Source: Paraspadella gotoi (Eukaryota > Animalia > Chaetognatha). From it: 63,786 nucleotides of DNA. The notes under the pieces are model-generated. The model did not search any database and was not told the DNA's origin. It saw nothing but the letters and a program-made list of their open reading frames with translations. The translations under genes were made by a program, and so were the position numbers. Shown here piece after piece: positions 62,853 through 63,786 of this stretch (positions are counted from its first letter, which is position 1; the number at the start of each line of letters is the position of its first letter). The stretch spans positions 23,781,003 through 23,844,788 of the forward strand of contig CM119267.1 of the NCBI GenBank assembly GCA_051294375.1, written 5' to 3'.

Positions 62853-63512
62853 TGAGCGCCTTTGCTAATGAGAAATGTCTTTACAAATGTTGTTTTGCCT
62901 CCTAATCAGCGTCGAGACTCGTCGATGTTATTTTAGTTGTTGTTTTTGTTGTTGTTGTTGTTGTCGTCGTCGTCTTCGTCGTCGTCGTCGTCATTATCAA
63001 AGTCTTTATGTCTTAAACTTAGGACAATTTTAATTCGTCCTCATTATTGTCGTCGTCGTTTTGTAATTTTTTTCTCTTTTGTTTTTCTCCTTTTTTTCTG
63101 CAGTTGTCGTCGTCGTCGAAGTCGTCGTCGTCGTTGTCGTCGTCGTTGTCGTCGTCGTTGTCGTCGTCGTTGTTGGGATATTTTCTTAATCTTGTCACTT
63201 GTCAATTGAAGAGATTTATATCTTTCTTTTCCTTTTATTTCCATCTTATTTTCCTTCCATTTTTTTTCGTTTTTTTATCCTTCATATTTTTTTTTATAGG
63301 TTCACTTTTCCCGCGTGGACCATGTCTACTTTTGCATTGGAGGCGAGATAATTCAAGATGCGAGAGGAAAGATTAAAAAGGACACACATTATTCTAAAAT
63401 GTCCACTCCACAGCTGCCCAGCCAAAACATTCGAAAGCACAATATTCGAAAACAGCAAACGGGCCGTCGCGCAATAAATAAAGTTCAGATTGAAAAAAAA
63501 AGTTCTAAACAA

Positions 63513-63650
63513 TTACAGCCATTATTACAACGATTACACTGCAGCAATTACAGCAATTACAACAGCAAATACAGCAATTATAGCAATTACAGCGATTTCA
63601 ACTACAATTACTACAGCTATTACAGCAATTACAGTAATTATTACTACAGC
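63513..63650 (+). repeat. Degenerate 9-bp repeat (acagcaatt)n
   Basis: Direct reading. Confidence 0.8.
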
Positions 63651-63786
63651 CGCAGTCACATTCAACTCGAACTCTGCTTTATTGATCTCATTCATTCTCA
63701 GCCTTCGTCTCTCCTCGAAGTTGGATTAAATCAATTTTCATCATTTTCTCTTTTCACATTCAGTGATGAGAGAGAGAGAGAGAGAA

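Noticed and set aside
1-63786. Prokaryotic operon, defence system or retron-like RT system
   Set aside because: No dense intact ORFs; the only RT is flanked by protease and RNase H motifs of an LTR retrotransposon.

Overview
Eukaryotic (invertebrate-like) draft-assembly DNA, AT-rich and saturated with (GA)n/(CT)n and (GAC)n/(GTC)n microsatellites. It has many N gaps, six of them exactly 25 N, and long stretches of indel-rich, long-read-like sequence. Much of the window is redundant: 0.1-7.1 kb occurs as direct and inverted copies out to 12.9 kb, 21.1-27.3 kb is tandemly repeated to 33.2 kb, and 45.9-58.3 kb is a nest of direct and inverted copies. These look like gap-filling artefacts rather than biology. 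The supportable content is as follows. (1) A frameshifted Ty3/gypsy-type LTR retrotransposon (~12.9-19.1 kb: probable 5' LTR/PBS, gag, protease, RT, RNase H) with an unexplained ~0.85 kb insert before the integrase linker, cut by a gap. (2) A separate integrase fragment on the minus strand at ~42.5-43.2 kb. (3) A family of short palindrome+(GTCG)n interspersed elements. (4) Many minisatellites, including a ~70-bp tandem array of G.U-containing hairpins (9.7-10.1 kb) and a constant-unit/(GTC)n-spacer array (46.4-47.6 kb). (5) The last four exons of an unidentified spliced gene (60.8-62.5 kb). I see no prokaryotic operon, CRISPR array, rRNA or intact tRNA. I cannot demonstrate a new biological system; the best leads are the hairpin array and the extra domain in the retrotransposon. 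Boundaries were judged by eye and are approximate unless stated.
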